A DNA stretch of 63,797 nt, the filler included, from Octopus bimaculoides (taxonomy: Eukaryota), in NCBI RefSeq assembly GCF_001194135.2. It is 3 parts of 3 records of this genome, joined end to end, with 100 filler letters (N's around TTAATTAATTAA, not from the genome) between each part and the next. Parts side by side here need not be neighbours in the genome. Positions count along the whole stretch, not along the records: positions 1 to 31,601 come from NC_068997.1; positions 31,702 to 61,553 come from NC_068987.1; 1 more part is not named here. One strand, written 5' to 3'. The translations under genes and the position numbers were made by a program. Position 1 is the first letter of the stretch. Every line of letters starts with the position of its first letter. Positions 25,763 through 36,281 of the stretch are shown in pieces. The notes beneath the pieces were generated by a model. The model did not search any database and was not told the DNA's origin. It saw only the letters and a program-made list of their open reading frames with translations.

Positions 25763-26363
25763 AGTATATATGTATATGTGTGTATTTGTGTCTTTGTGTT
25801 TGTCCCCTCCTCCACCCACTGCTTGACAACTGGTGTTGGTATGTTTATATCCCCGAAACTTACTGATTTGGCAAAAAAAGACTGACAGAACAAATACCAG
25901 ACTTAAAGAAAAAAAAAAGGACTGGAGTCAATTCATTTGACTAAAAATTCTTCAAGTAAAAGAAAAATGATAACAATATAATAGGATTTTTTAAACAACC
26001 AATGGCTTTGAGGGTCCACGCAAGTATATTAAGAATCAAGGGGTCTATAAGTTAAAAAATAGTTGAGAACCATTGCTCGGTGGCATCATGCATCACTCAT
26101 AACCTGTTCTTCTTCAGCCACTATTTGTCCTCCTCCACATTTTACTGTCTCAAGTTTCACTGTGAATTTCTTGTTTCCAACCTTTTCTTCTCAGGATGAG
26201 CAGGATTCGTCTAGTGCTGCTTTAGAAAATCTCATCCAACATTTCCAGATATTATTTGAAGTTCCTACCTTATCCGGCATCTACCCAGCCATGAACCAGG
26301 TCTATACAAAGGTCGGGGAATTGCAGAACATCATGAAAATTCTGAAGACTTTGTTAGGACTGG
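10085..26363 (+). CDS. CEP70: Centrosomal protein of 70 kDa (CEP70)-like gene, 8 coding exons, 964 nt spliced; 5' and 3' ends unresolved
   Basis: Exons 10085-10231, 12720-12805, 15009-15072, 16730-16818, 17827-17938, 22002-22157, 24205-24345 and 26195-26363 all have AG/GT ends, with phases 0-0,0-2,2-0,0-2,2-0,0-0,0-0,0-1 that chain into one open frame. The last two exons resemble the human CEP70 segments I recall (LVPW; [30 protein letters not shown]). Confidence 0.85.
10436..10710. mobile_element. hAT (Charlie/SPIN-type) MITE, 275 bp
   Basis: TIRs CAGGGGTTTTCAAACT / AGTTTGAAAACCCCTG and 8-bp TSD CTCTACAT at 10428-10435 and 10711-10718. Confidence 0.92.
11465..11850 (-). mobile_element. tRNA-derived SINE family B, full length, 13-bp TSD
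   Basis: A box TGGCCCAGTGG and B box GTTTCGATTCC. TSD GATACAAACATGT at 11452-11464 and 11851-11863. Confidence 0.9.
12422..12639. mobile_element. TTAA-flanked MITE-like repeat; related copies at about 8842-9070 and 19368-19575, different family at about 15272-15500
   Basis: TTAAC(C/A)(C/T)TTTAGCATT ... AAT(A/G)CTAAAG(G)GTTAA imperfect termini, with a shared interior between copies. Confidence 0.6.
12720..12805 (+). CDS. CEP70: CEP70-like exon B (DQKFHPQRSDILSEFQRHTTNIQSLMNE)
   Basis: CTGCAG| acceptor after a pyrimidine tract, |GTAAGT donor, phase 0-2. Confidence 0.8.
15009..15072 (+). CDS. CEP70: CEP70-like exon C (KKHQSIEEEEGFLSHKSVLHR)
   Basis: TTACAG| acceptor, AGG|GTAAGT donor, phase 2-0. 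Confidence 0.8.
15510..16245 (-). mobile_element. Degraded RTE LINE 3' fragment
   Basis: Reverse strand reads GTHGRGKPRKTW...DDLRTL and matches 2500-3100 and 16920-17170. Confidence 0.8.
16730..16818 (+). CDS. CEP70: CEP70-like exon D, coiled coil (NQEKTLKDYVKKVNLLEAKLKMLELEKQS)
   Basis: TTTCAG| acceptor, AAG|GTAGCC donor, phase 0-2, heptad-like sequence. Confidence 0.8.
16920..17500 (+). mobile_element. RTE LINE 3' end with (GAT)n tail
   Basis: LREKLNIRSISSGVQERRLRWFGHVVRM...GTRGRGRPRKTW, followed by the 3' UTR and GAT repeats. Confidence 0.9.
17827..17938 (+). CDS. CEP70: CEP70-like exon E (VSTKDSRTSPNASCHKFVDNESCKETQQSHNDRLNLQ)
   Basis: TTTCAG| acceptor, CAG|GTAAGT donor, phase 2-0. Confidence 0.8.
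17961..18359 (+). mobile_element. SINE family A
   Basis: Head-to-tail match to the other copies. Confidence 0.8.
18931..19326 (-). mobile_element. SINE family A
   Basis: Full-length reverse copy. Confidence 0.85.
19844..20080 (+). mobile_element. tRNA-headed retroposon with hammerhead-like motif, 12-bp TSD, inserted in an older minus-strand SINE
   Basis: A box TAGTGGTTAAG 19845-19855, B box GTTCGATTCC 19885-19894, TSD ACAACAATATAC at 19832-19843 and 20081-20092. The host SINE continues on both sides (about 19590-19843 and 20093-20140). Confidence 0.85.
19986..20031 (+). ncRNA. Minimal type-I hammerhead ribozyme-like motif (PLE style)
   Basis: GAUAC-CUGAAGA-A-GGCUG(loop)CAGCC-GAAA-CAU-U-GUGUU. 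Core nucleotides, stem II and a 5-bp stem I (two G-U pairs) are present. Stem III is a near-palindromic ACAU with no loop. Confidence 0.6.
22002..22157 (+). CDS. CEP70: CEP70-like exon F (YCSKLCSLVQQT...LKYVLEMLALANDDFQNRQ)
   Basis: Poly-T tract with TACAG| acceptor, CAG|GTAATA donor, 156 nt, phase 0-0. Confidence 0.85.
22225..22680 (+). mobile_element. Two tandem copies of an older SINE family C; minus copy at about 38200-38480
   Basis: GTAAGGTGGTGAG(C/T)TGGCAGAAT...GAGTTCA(A/G)ATT repeated at about 22226 and 22475. Confidence 0.7.
23160..23356 (-). mobile_element. hAT transposase C-terminal (dimerisation) remnant
   Basis: MASVFGTTYVCEQAFL*IKDVRSAHRTRLT, then a frameshift, then DEHFKAILLVKCSNSKANIDDILKAKHQFHKFH. 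Matches the FGSTY-x-CE...RSRLTDEHL pattern. Confidence 0.75.
24205..24345 (+). CDS. CEP70: CEP70-like exon G (DLVTCFNEILTSIVPWTNIQLHPSDSFQEMVTKLQMVNQSCNHIITK)
   Basis: TTTTTCAG| acceptor, AAG|GTTGGT donor, 141 nt, phase 0-0. The VPW motif is shared with CEP70. Confidence 0.85.
25300..25970. mobile_element. Nested SINE A: plus copy interrupted in its microsatellite by a minus-oriented head
   Basis: Plus head about 25300-25435, minus head about 25480-25690, (TA)n, plus tail about 25770-25970. Confidence 0.7.
26195..26363 (+). CDS. CEP70: CEP70-like exon H, conserved C-terminal helical region
   Basis: DEQDSSSAALENLIQHFQILFEVPTLSGIYPAMNQVYTKVGELQNIMKILKTLLGL. TCTCAG| acceptor, G|GTAAAT donor (phase 1). 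Strongest CEP70-like segment. Confidence 0.9.
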
Positions 26364-26449
26364 GTAAATAATGATTTTTCTTTGATTTCTATCTGATTCT
26401 TCTTTCTCCTTCAAACACTGTTTTTGTAATAGCCATCTATGTATCAAGT

Positions 26450-26804
26450 GGAGGCACAATGGCCAAGTGGTTAGGGCAGTGGACTCGCGGTCATAGGATC
26501 GCGGTTTCGATTCCCAGACCGGGCGTTGTGAGTGTTTATTGAGCGAAAACACCTAAAGCTCCACGAGGCTCCGGCAGGGGGTGGTGGCGAACCCTGCTGT
26601 ACTCTTTCACCACAACTTTCTCTCACTCTTTCTTCCTGTTTCTGTTGTGCCTGTAATTCAAAGGGCCAGCCTTGTCACACTCTGTGAACTACGTTAAGGG
26701 GACACGTGTCTGTGGAGTGCTCAGCCACTTGCACGTTAATTTCACGAGCAGGCTGTTCCGTTGATCGGATCAACTGGAACCCTCGACGTCGTAAGCGACG
26801 GAGG
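26450..26804 (+). mobile_element. SINE family B, young copy running into a gap
   Basis: Highly similar to the reverse complement of 11465-11850; starts 86 nt after the exon H donor. Confidence 0.9.
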
Positions 26805-27378
26805 NNNNNNNNNNNNNNNNNNNNNNNNNNNNNNNNNNNNNNNNNNNNNNNNNNNNNNNNNNNNNNNNNNNNNNNNNNNNNNNNNNNNNNNNNNNNNNNN
26901 NNNNNNNNNNNNNNNNNNNNNNNNNNNNNNNNNNNNNNNNNNNNNNNNNNNNNNNNNNNNNNNNNNNNNNNNNNNNNNNNNNNNNNNNNNNNNNNNNNNN
27001 NNNNNNNNNNNNNNNNNNNNNNNNNNNNNNNNNNNNNNNNNNNNNNNNNNNNNNNNNNNNNNNNNNNNNNNNNNNNNNNNNNNNNNNNNNNNNNNNNNNN
27101 NNNNNNNNNNNNNNNNNNNNNNNNNNNNNNNNNNNNNNNNNNNNNNNNNNNNNNNNNNNNNNNNNNNNNNNNNNNNNNNNNNNNNNNNNNNNNNNNNNNN
27201 NNNNNNNNNNNNNNNNNNNNNNNNNNNNNNNNNNNNNNNNNNNNNNNNNNNNNNNNNNNNNNNNNNNNNNNNNNNNNNNNNNNNNNNNNNNNNNNNNNNN
27301 NNNNNNNNNNNNNNNNNNNNNNNNNNNNNNNNNNNNNNNNNNNNNNNNNNNNNNNNNNNNNNNNNNNNNNNNNNNNNC

Positions 27379-27720
27379 GTCGCCTTTCTGGCACTTGTGC
27401 CCGCGGCATGTGTAAGGACTTTCGAGCGAGTTCGTTGCCAGTGCCCCTGGACTGGCTCTTGTGCGGGTGGCACATAAAATACACCATTTCGAGCGTGGTT
27501 GTTGCCAGTACCTCTTGACTAGCCTTCGTGCCGGTGACACGTAAAAGCACCCACTACACTCTCTGAGTGGTTGGTATTAGGAAGGGCATCCAGCTGTAGA
27601 AACTCTGCCAAATCAGATTGGAGCCTGGTGTTGCCATCCAATTTCACCAGTCCTCAGTCAAATCGTCCAACCCATGCTAGCATGGAAGGCGGACGTTAAA
27701 CGGTGATGATGATGATGATG
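27379..27720 (+). mobile_element. RTE 3' UTR copy with (GAT)n tail; similar tails at about 8330-8525, 10770-11075, 13190-13650 (-), 14660-14780, 20733-20960, 21610-21850, 25010-25200, 28830-29090
   Basis: Near-identical to 17180-17500. Confidence 0.8.
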
Positions 27721-27977
27721 TAATGTTGCACTGAGTGTAGTAGCATGTGAAACATGTGGCATCACCAGTAAGTTCCTGCAACAGGCTGTGACAGTTAATG
27801 TATTAATGGTACACACACTGTTGGTAGGTCAGTTACTGCAATATTTGTTCTGAAGTAAGATTTCTTATGATCTTGCTGTGTTAAAAACAACAGATGCCAA
27901 AGTGGGATGAAAATTCATACCAGCAGCGGCCAGCAAGAGCACCGGAATCATTTCAACCATTTAGGGTCTTTACTAGG

Positions 27978-28480
27978 TTACTCTTTACTCTTTACTTGTC
28001 TCAGTCATTTGACTGCGGCCATGCTGGAGCACCGCCTTTAGTCGAGCAAATCGACCCCGGGACTTATTCTTTGTAAGCCTAGTACTTATTTTATCGGTCT
28101 CTTTTTCCAAACCGCTAAGTGACGGGGACATAAACACACCAGCACCGGTTGTCAAGCGATATTGGGGGGACAAACACAGACACACAAACATACACACACA
28201 CGTACATATACATANNNNNNNNNNNNNNNNNNNNNNNNNNNNNNNNNNNNNNNNNNNNNNNNNNNNNNNNNNNNNNNNNNNNNNNNATATATACATACAT
28301 ATATATATACATATATACGACGGGCTTCTTTCAGTTTCCGTCTACCAAATCCACTCACAAGGCATTGGTCGGCCCGAGGCTATAGTAGAAGACACTTGCC
28401 CAAGATGCCACGCACTGGGACTGAACCTGGAACCATGTGGTTGGTAAGCAAGCTACTTACCACAGAGCCACTCCTGCGCC
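27978..28480 (-). mobile_element. SINE family A; further partial copies at about 22790-22865, 23540-23735, 28680-28830, 31340-31520, 43213-43270, 44860-44975, 60421-60645, 62003-63284
   Basis: Sequence identity to the other copies. Confidence 0.85.
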
Positions 28481-29096
28481 TTTTATGATTTGCTGATTTT
28501 ATGATTTTTATTTTTTGGGGGGTTTTTCATCAAGTCATTGTAAGTTAAAGGGGTTAAATGGTTAGGTGGATAAAGTATTCAACTATCAAATTGTAACTTA
28601 ATCCTTTAGTTCTAATCTGCCTCAGATATTTTATTGTGTTTCTGGACAGCACTTTTTATTCTACATTATAGGTCCTGGTGTAGTTATGTGGTTAAGAAGT
28701 TTGTTTTCCAATCATGTGGTTCCAGGTTCAGTCCCACTGCGTTGCCTCTTGGGCAAAGTATCTACTACTATAGCCCTGGGCTGACAAATCCTGGGCTGGA
28801 TTTTGTAGGTGGAAACTGAAAAGAAGCCTGATGTGTATGTGTGTGTGTGTGTGTGAGTGTGTGTGTGTTTGTGTTTTGTTTCTCTTTGTCTTGACATCAT
28901 GTGACTGTTGTAAATGAATGTCATTCATTTCACTATTCTGTGCAAACATGTCAGACCATGAGGAAATAATTACCTTGCTTAAAAACAGCTAATGGTTGGT
29001 GACAGGAAAGGCATCCAGCCAAAGAAAATCTGTCTCAAAGAAAATCTGTCTTTTCCACGTAAGCATGGAAAAGTGGATGTTACAACAGCAATGACA

Positions 29097-29137
<41 letters not shown>

Positions 29138-30771
29138 TACTACCACCACCACCACCACCACCACCACCACCTCAGTTCATTTCACTGCTATGGATTATAT
29201 ACCAGAATTATTGAGAAACTCCCCCTGCTTGTGTACCTCTGATTGCAGAAAGTGTAGTAGTTGACTCTGAGCATTGCTGCTGTCATGGTTGCGTTGATAG
29301 ACAACTGTACAGTTAAGGGTTAGAGTCTGTATCATGCTACTTGGTCTGTGTTGGGTTCATAACCAAGAGACTGAATCCACCTTGCTCTGTGTGGGCAGTA
29401 CCATTTCACTGAATGACCTAGGTTGAATACTGTCTGTAGAATTTAATAGCTTTGACAGACACACCCAGAATATTGACTTAGCGACCATAGCCACGTGTAG
29501 AACAGCGGTCAATAAAAATATTTAATCATTTATATGATATTTGGTTTGCAAGATTCTTGACGTGAATTTGAGTGTTGAAATAAACACATGTTAACATACA
29601 CACAGATGCTTATGTATTAAAAAAAAAACAGCCAGCTACACCACACACACACACACACACACACACGAGAACACATGCACACAAAAACACACACACTCAA
29701 ATGTACACACTATTCAAAAACAACCAGCCCTACACACACACACACACACATGTACACTCTATTCAAAAACAACCAGCCCTACACACACACACACACACGT
29801 ACACACNNNNNNNNNNNNNNNNNNNNNNNNNNNNNNNNNNNNNNNNNNNNNNNNNNNNNNNNNNNNNNNNNNNNNNNNNNNNNNNNNNNNNNNNNNNNNN
29901 NNNNNNNNNNNNNNNNNNNNNNNNNNNNNNNNNNNNNNNNNNNNNNNNNNNNNNNNNNNNNNNNNNNNNNNNNNNNNNNNNNNNNNNNNNNNNNNNNNNN
30001 NNNNNNNNNNNNNNNNNNNNNNNNNNNNNNNNNNNNNNNNNNNNNNNNNNNNNNNNNNNNNNNNNNNNNNNNNNNNNNNNNNNNNNNNNNNNNNNNNNNN
30101 NNNNNNNNNNNNNNNNNNNNNNNNNNNNNNNNNNNNNNNNNNNNNNNNNNNNNNNNNNNNNNNNNNNNNNNNNNNNNNNNNNNNNNNNNNNNNNNNNNNN
30201 NNNNNNNNNNNNNNNNNNNNNNNNNNNNNNNNNNNNNNNNNNNNNNNNNNNNNNNNNNNNNNNNNNNNNNNNNNNNNNNNNNNNNNNNNNNNNNNNNNNN
30301 NNNNNNNNNNNNNNNNNNNNNNNNNNNNNNNNNNNNNNNNNNNNNNNNNNNNNNNNNNNNNNNNNNNNNNNNNNNNNNNNNNNNNNNNNNNNNNNNNNNN
30401 NNNNNNNNNNNNNNNNNNNNNNNNNNNNNNNNNNNNNNNNNNNNNNNNNNNNNNNNNNNNNNNNNNNNNNNNNNNNNNNNNNNNNNNNNNNNNNNNNNNN
30501 NNNNNNNNNNNNNNNNNNNNNNNNNNNNNNNNNNNNNNNNNNNNNNNNNNNNNNNNNNNNNNNNNNNNNNNNNNNNNNNNNNNNNNNNNNNNNNNNNNNN
30601 NNNNNNNNNNNNNNNNACACACACACAGACACACAAGTGTAGAACACACAAAAACAAATGTACAGACTATTTAAAAACAACTGACCACACACACACACAC
30701 ACACGTGTAGAACACACATGCACACAAAAACACACACACTCAAGCATACACACTATTCAAAAACAACTGAC

Positions 30772-30810
<39 letters not shown>

Positions 30811-31545
30811 ATCAGAATACGCATGCTACAAGATACTTTCCTTCACAACCTTGCTATCAAGTAGGCGGCCAGTCAAAATTTACTCTAAAATTAAAAAGAG
30901 AAAGAAAAGAACATTCATACGCATAGACATAAGACTGTAGTTCTCGGACAGACTCAAAGCAGACCTTGAAGAGTGAGGACGTGTCATTGATGAGGTTACG
31001 AAGTGCAATAAAAGGACTCCAACAGAAAAAAAAATTAATAATCAATTGAGTGTTTAATCAACACATTAAACAAACAATTGAATGGTTAGTTGGTAAAATA
31101 AAGAAGTAGATTTGGATCTGGGCATGTGTATATTTTAATTTTTATTGGCACAATGACCCTCCCTAGACACAACAATATTTAATCATTTATTCATTTAAGA
31201 ATTAAGTCCATATGATGCTTCTCTGGTGAATACAAACTGCTGTGGTTCTGTGGATTCAAGTTCAATTATTACCAATACCAGCCGTGACTGTCATTCTTCT
31301 AGAATAATTTTCTAAAATGGGGATTGATTCAAATTACTATCTTTTTATCTTTTACTTGTTCGAGTCATTAAACTTTGATCATGTTGGGGCAATGCCTTGC
31401 AGAATTTTATTTGAACAAATTGACCTCAGTACATTTTTTTTTATGCCTATTCTATCAATCTTTTGTTGAACCACTAAGTTTACAAACACCAATCAGTGGT
31501 GGGGAGACAAACACAGACACACACATGTATATACTACGTATATAT

Positions 31546-31601
<56 letters not shown>

Positions 31602-31704
31602 NNNNNNNNNNNNNNNNNNNNNNNNNNNNNNNNNNNNNNNNNNNNTTAATTAATTAANNNNNNNNNNNNNNNNNNNNNNNNNNNNNNNNNNNNNNNNNNN
31701 NGGC

Positions 31705-32030
31705 ATTCTTCTAGTTCTCTTATTTCATTGGCTTTATCTAGTGTGATGTTGCTACTTTTAACTAATTTTCTTCTTTTCAGGGTTGCTTTGGCACATTTTT
31801 CTAATCCGAATTTCATATCTATTTCCTTGGTAAAGTCATGTACTGTCTGTAGTAGTGTTTCCAGCTCTTTGTCATTTTTAGCGTATAATTTTAGGTCATC
31901 CATATATAAAAAGTGGCTGACTGTTTTCCCGTAACATTTGTAACCGCATCCAGTTCTATTTAGCAATTCAGTTAAAAGTGTGAGTGCCAGGCAGAACAGG
32001 AGTGGAGAGAGCGTGTCTCCCTGGAATATT
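31705..32030 (-). mobile_element. Non-LTR RT fragment, R4/Dong-like
   Basis: GIFQGDTLSPLLFCLALT...LNRTGCGY...SHFLYMDDLKLYAKN...MKFGLEKCAK. Confidence 0.85.
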
Positions 32031-32699
32031 CCTCGTCATTTATGTTTTGGAATCTGCAAGACACCCTTTCAAGTATGTTTTGTTTTAACTGTACATGAAA
32101 GTCTGTTTGGAAATTTGGGATCTATATTGTATATTAATCAGGATTCTGAGAGATTGATTAGTTCCATTTAGTTTATACCATCGTAGTGTAATTTGTAATT
32201 TTTTCTTGAAGGTCCCCATTAAAAAATCAAAGTATGGCGTTGAAATACTTGACAGCAAGTTGAAGGAGTGTAAACAGCGATTGGAATATTTCTATTAAAG
32301 CTGTCTTCTTCATCTTAAGCCAAAAGACCACTACCACCACCCTTGCCAACCGATACAACAGCATCAGCAACACAAATTAAAAGGCTACAAAAATAAGCAA
32401 AAAAGCAACATCAACAACAAACCTATAACAAATGTGAACAACCTCATCTCCCAATGACATCACCACCACCACCACCACCACCACCACCATCATCATCACT
32501 ACCACCATTTGTTTTAGCACTGAAAACATAAATAACTACATCATCATAACAGACAACCGAAATGTAAGCATGTTCACTGATGTGATTTGGATACAAGAAG
32601 CTATTTCTTTATCTTCGCAGGACTTGAAAAATGCAAAACATTTTCGAAGTAGATCGGGGTGTACTGCATCTGTAAACATACCGCAAAAGATTCAAGAAA

Positions 32700-33110
32700 A
32701 CAGATAAAGAAAAGATCATAAACAGACTGAGATGCAGGAAAGTAAAACAAGTGATAATTAATCAAAGTAACAAGTGTTTCAAACCAATGTTGGGCAACAA
32801 AACATACGTTGTTAGAGGGGAAAAGGTTAGGCACAATACAAATGAGATTTCCAATCGAGGATAAGACCAAGAAGTACTCTGTAATGTCACTAACGAATGA
32901 TAAATTGGTCTTCATACCAATCTATACCGGACGGAGAGTGGTAAAAATAAAGCTGTAATGGTGTAATTGATCCAAATAGATTAAGAAGTATGGAAGCCAT
33001 CCCTAATCTGATTAATCTACCAGATGGCTTGCAATTGTTTGTGGTGTTTGAAAGAAGAAAGATTTATTTATGTGGTGATACAGACCATTTTTAAAACATT
33101 CTGTTTACTG
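32700..33110 (+). mobile_element. Degraded ORF1/gag-like remnant with a zinc-knuckle-like end
   Basis: MEAIPNLINLPDGLQLFVVFERRKIYLCGDTDHF*, with broken upstream frames and a low-complexity basic linker downstream. Confidence 0.35.
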
Positions 33111-34180
33111 CAAAGGAAAGGGTAGGAATATCCTCATTGCTTCCGACCCCATTACCACAGCTGCAACAGCATCAACAGTGACATGTAACCACAATAGCAA
33201 CAACATAAAATAACAACAACAACTGTAACAGTAAAATTATTCACCTGCGAAAGCAACAGTGACTGCAGAAACAACAATAATAAAAGCTACAACGTCAGCA
33301 ATGTAAATAACAGCAACAAACAAAATAAATGAAGCACCGTGCTCAAAAGCTACCACATTGCCAACAGCAACAACAGGACGCCCCAAAACAAGCACGAGAA
33401 GAATAAAAGAACAAAACTAAAAACCCAGACAAGACATGAACCCCAAACTTCAGGCCACTCAGACATGTGCTGGGGTAAAGGGCTGGGAAATAGTTTAAAG
33501 AGCGGAAGGAGAACCACGGAAAAAGCAAAAAGAAAGGAAAATGAAACCTGCAAAAAAACTGCTTGTTTCCAACGAACGGGAAAAATACTTTCAAACAACG
33601 TCACACAAACACCAACAGTTGTCCGTTTCTTTAGATCATGTACACGAATAGTCTATTAAGTGCAGTGAAGATTTTATATTGAATTGAATTCACTAATAAT
33701 ATAATTACAACGTTACATCAGTTGTATCAGCAGGATATAGATTAACGCTAATATCGAACACTTACTTTTAACTTGATTTGAACAATCAACGTTACTGTAG
33801 AAATAAAAAAGCGAAAGAGAAAACAGACCTGCAACCAGATCGAAAAAAAAAAAATGGAAAAGAATATGTTGAGCCAAATTACAATATTGATGACGGGAAA
33901 ACGTTAGACTTCTGACTGAAATAGAATTAGATATATGTAAAAGTTCGTTACCATTTGTGAAGGTGAACAACCTTGGCTGATGTTGTTGACTTGGCTACAT
34001 GGTAATTAATTTTACCATACAACCGATGTACAGCCCAGCCAAAGCCATGTAATCATGAAAGAATCTGCCGGGTAAAGAACATTAAAATTGTGTGTGTGTG
34101 TGTCTGTGCGTGCGCGCACGCGCACGTCTGTGTATGTGTTGTATGTGTTTGTGGTGAGTGTGCTGTGTTTGAGTGGGATT

Positions 34181-34217
<37 letters not shown>

Positions 34218-34403
34218 TGTGTGTGTGTATGTGTGTGTGTGTATGTGTGTGTGTGTGTATGTGTGTATGGTTGAGGTATAAATGCTTAAAATTGTTCAAT
34301 CATAGGCTGGAGGTGTGTAGAGGCTAACACATATATTAATTTATGTAACATAAGAGAAACCGAACGCTCAACTGAAAGACTTATAACACGAAACCTTGGT
34401 CCT

Positions 34404-34442
<39 letters not shown>

Positions 34443-34741
34443 TACATAAAATCGTTAGTCCAATCGAATTACTTTGTTGGACTCACGGTTAAAGATTAAA
34501 TATGTAACATCAGTGACCTGGTTCCTATGATGAACTTGTCAACCCTAGTAATATATATATATATATATANNNNNNNNNNNNNNNNNNNNNNNNNNNNNNN
34601 NNNNNNNNNNNNNNNNNNNNNNNNNNNNNNNNNNNNNNNNNNNNNNNNNNNNNNNNNNNNNNNNNNNNNNNNNNNNNNNNNNNNNNNNNTATATATACAT
34701 ATATATATATACATATATATATATACACATACATACATAAA

Positions 34742-35627
34742 CAGCGTGCGATGAGTAAATTGTCACCATATTTTATTTTTAATTTCGGGCATGCGCATTA
34801 TTTGTTTTTGATTTTGTCGACGACACACAAAATAGAGTCAGTTGGGCACCGTATGTGAGAAAAACAGCACCATGACGCAATCCACGCTGCCAGAAATTTG
34901 GAAACGACATACTGTATTGCTTGGCTTTCGCGCAGGAAGCTCAATTACGAGCATTTCAGAGTGTTTGCGTGTCAATCTGAGGACAGTGCAATCTGAGAAC
35001 ATGTATCGAGAGTGATGAAAATCAAAACATACAGTCAACATCATGGTGTTTTGAGCGATCACTAGTGATGGCGACGGTATGTCTCCATTCATCTTCCCAT
35101 TCGACCTCAGACACAAAACGGAAACCTACATCAAGTTCCTGGAGGAGATAGTGCTGCCTTGGGTCAAGAGGGTAGCTGCTGGAAGACCCTATGTCTGGCA
35201 ACAAGACTCTGAACCATGCCACACAGGCAGGAGAACCCAGCTATGGCTGTCAGACAATTTCTGCGACCACATCACTCGTAAAATCTGGCCACCTAACTCC
35301 CTGGACTGAAACCCCTTTGATTATTATGTGTGGTGCGCAGTTGAGCGAGAGGCCAACAAAACTCCTTGTAACACTAAAGATGAACTGAGGGTAAGGATTA
35401 TGGCAACATTCACCAACTTAAACAAGGAGACCGTCCAGAAGAGTTGCAGAGATTCCGAAGTCGCCTGGAGGCTATGGTTGAAGCCAATGGCGATTTTATT
35501 GAATAAATTTACTCTTTATTATTTCAAGATATTTCTATATAATTTCGGTGAATATATCTTGAAATGAGATGTCAGTGTTATTTTCATTTTTGCGTAATTT
35601 AAGCGACAGTATATTCACCGCACCCTG
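34742..35627 (+). mobile_element. maT (DD37D) Tc1/mariner deletion derivative, 886 bp, both TIRs
   Basis: TIRs CAG(C/G)GTGCG(A/G)TGA. Motif QQDS(E/A)PCH...WPPNS-x-D-x-NP-x-D has 37 residues between the aspartates. Confidence 0.85.
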
Positions 35628-35722
35628 TGTATATGTATATATATATATATATATGTTGTTGTACTTGGGGATGGTCATATTGCCAGTTTAGCCAATATAT
35701 ATATATATATATATATATACGT

Positions 35723-35765
<43 letters not shown>

Positions 35766-36235
35766 NNNNNNNNNNNNNNNNNNNNNNNNNNNNNNNNNNN
35801 NNNNNNNNNNNNNNNNNNNNNNNNNNNNNNNNNNNNNNNNNNNNNNNNNNNNNNNNNNNNNNNNNNNNNNNNNNNNNNNNNNNNNNNNNNNNNNNNNNNN
35901 NNNNNNNNNTGTGTGTGTGTGTGTGTGTGTATACGTATATTCTTACATACTATAAGTTATTAAGTTTAGTTGTTTGAAGCAGGACAAAGGTGTTCCGTTA
36001 GCACAGTGGCTGTAAACTGAATATGATTCATTGTTTATTAAAACGTAGAAGAATTTGAAATTATAAGCTTCCGGCATTACAAAGACGCTATTCTGAGAAT
36101 GAAAGACAGCAAATACCATCTTTGAGATTCCTTCTACAATATTCTTGAATGCATGGAAATTTTTTAACAGTTCAGTGTTCACGAACGAAATAATTTGATC
36201 AGTAATACCAACACATACACACAAACACACACATT

Positions 36236-36281
<46 letters not shown>

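Noticed and set aside
26450-26525. tRNA-like sequences at SINE heads
   Set aside because: They continue into SINE bodies and lack a complete acceptor stem; not tRNA genes.
29170-29520. Unique segment with a CAG acceptor at about 29248 as a possible CEP70 last exon, and a long minus frame broken by one TGA
   Set aside because: The translation lacks CEP70 similarity, and there is no SECIS or other support for readthrough.
30857-31045. FFFCWSPF, resembling GPCR TM6; LSSIGNLICIV in ORF 32601-32915, resembling TM1
   Set aside because: No splice-compatible chain or other TM motifs. The 32.7-kb region reads better as a plus-strand ORF1 relic.
31646-31657. TTAATTAATTAA island between N runs (again at 61598-61609)
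   Set aside because: Identical 12-mer with stops in all frames, inside gaps: a scaffolding spacer, not biology.
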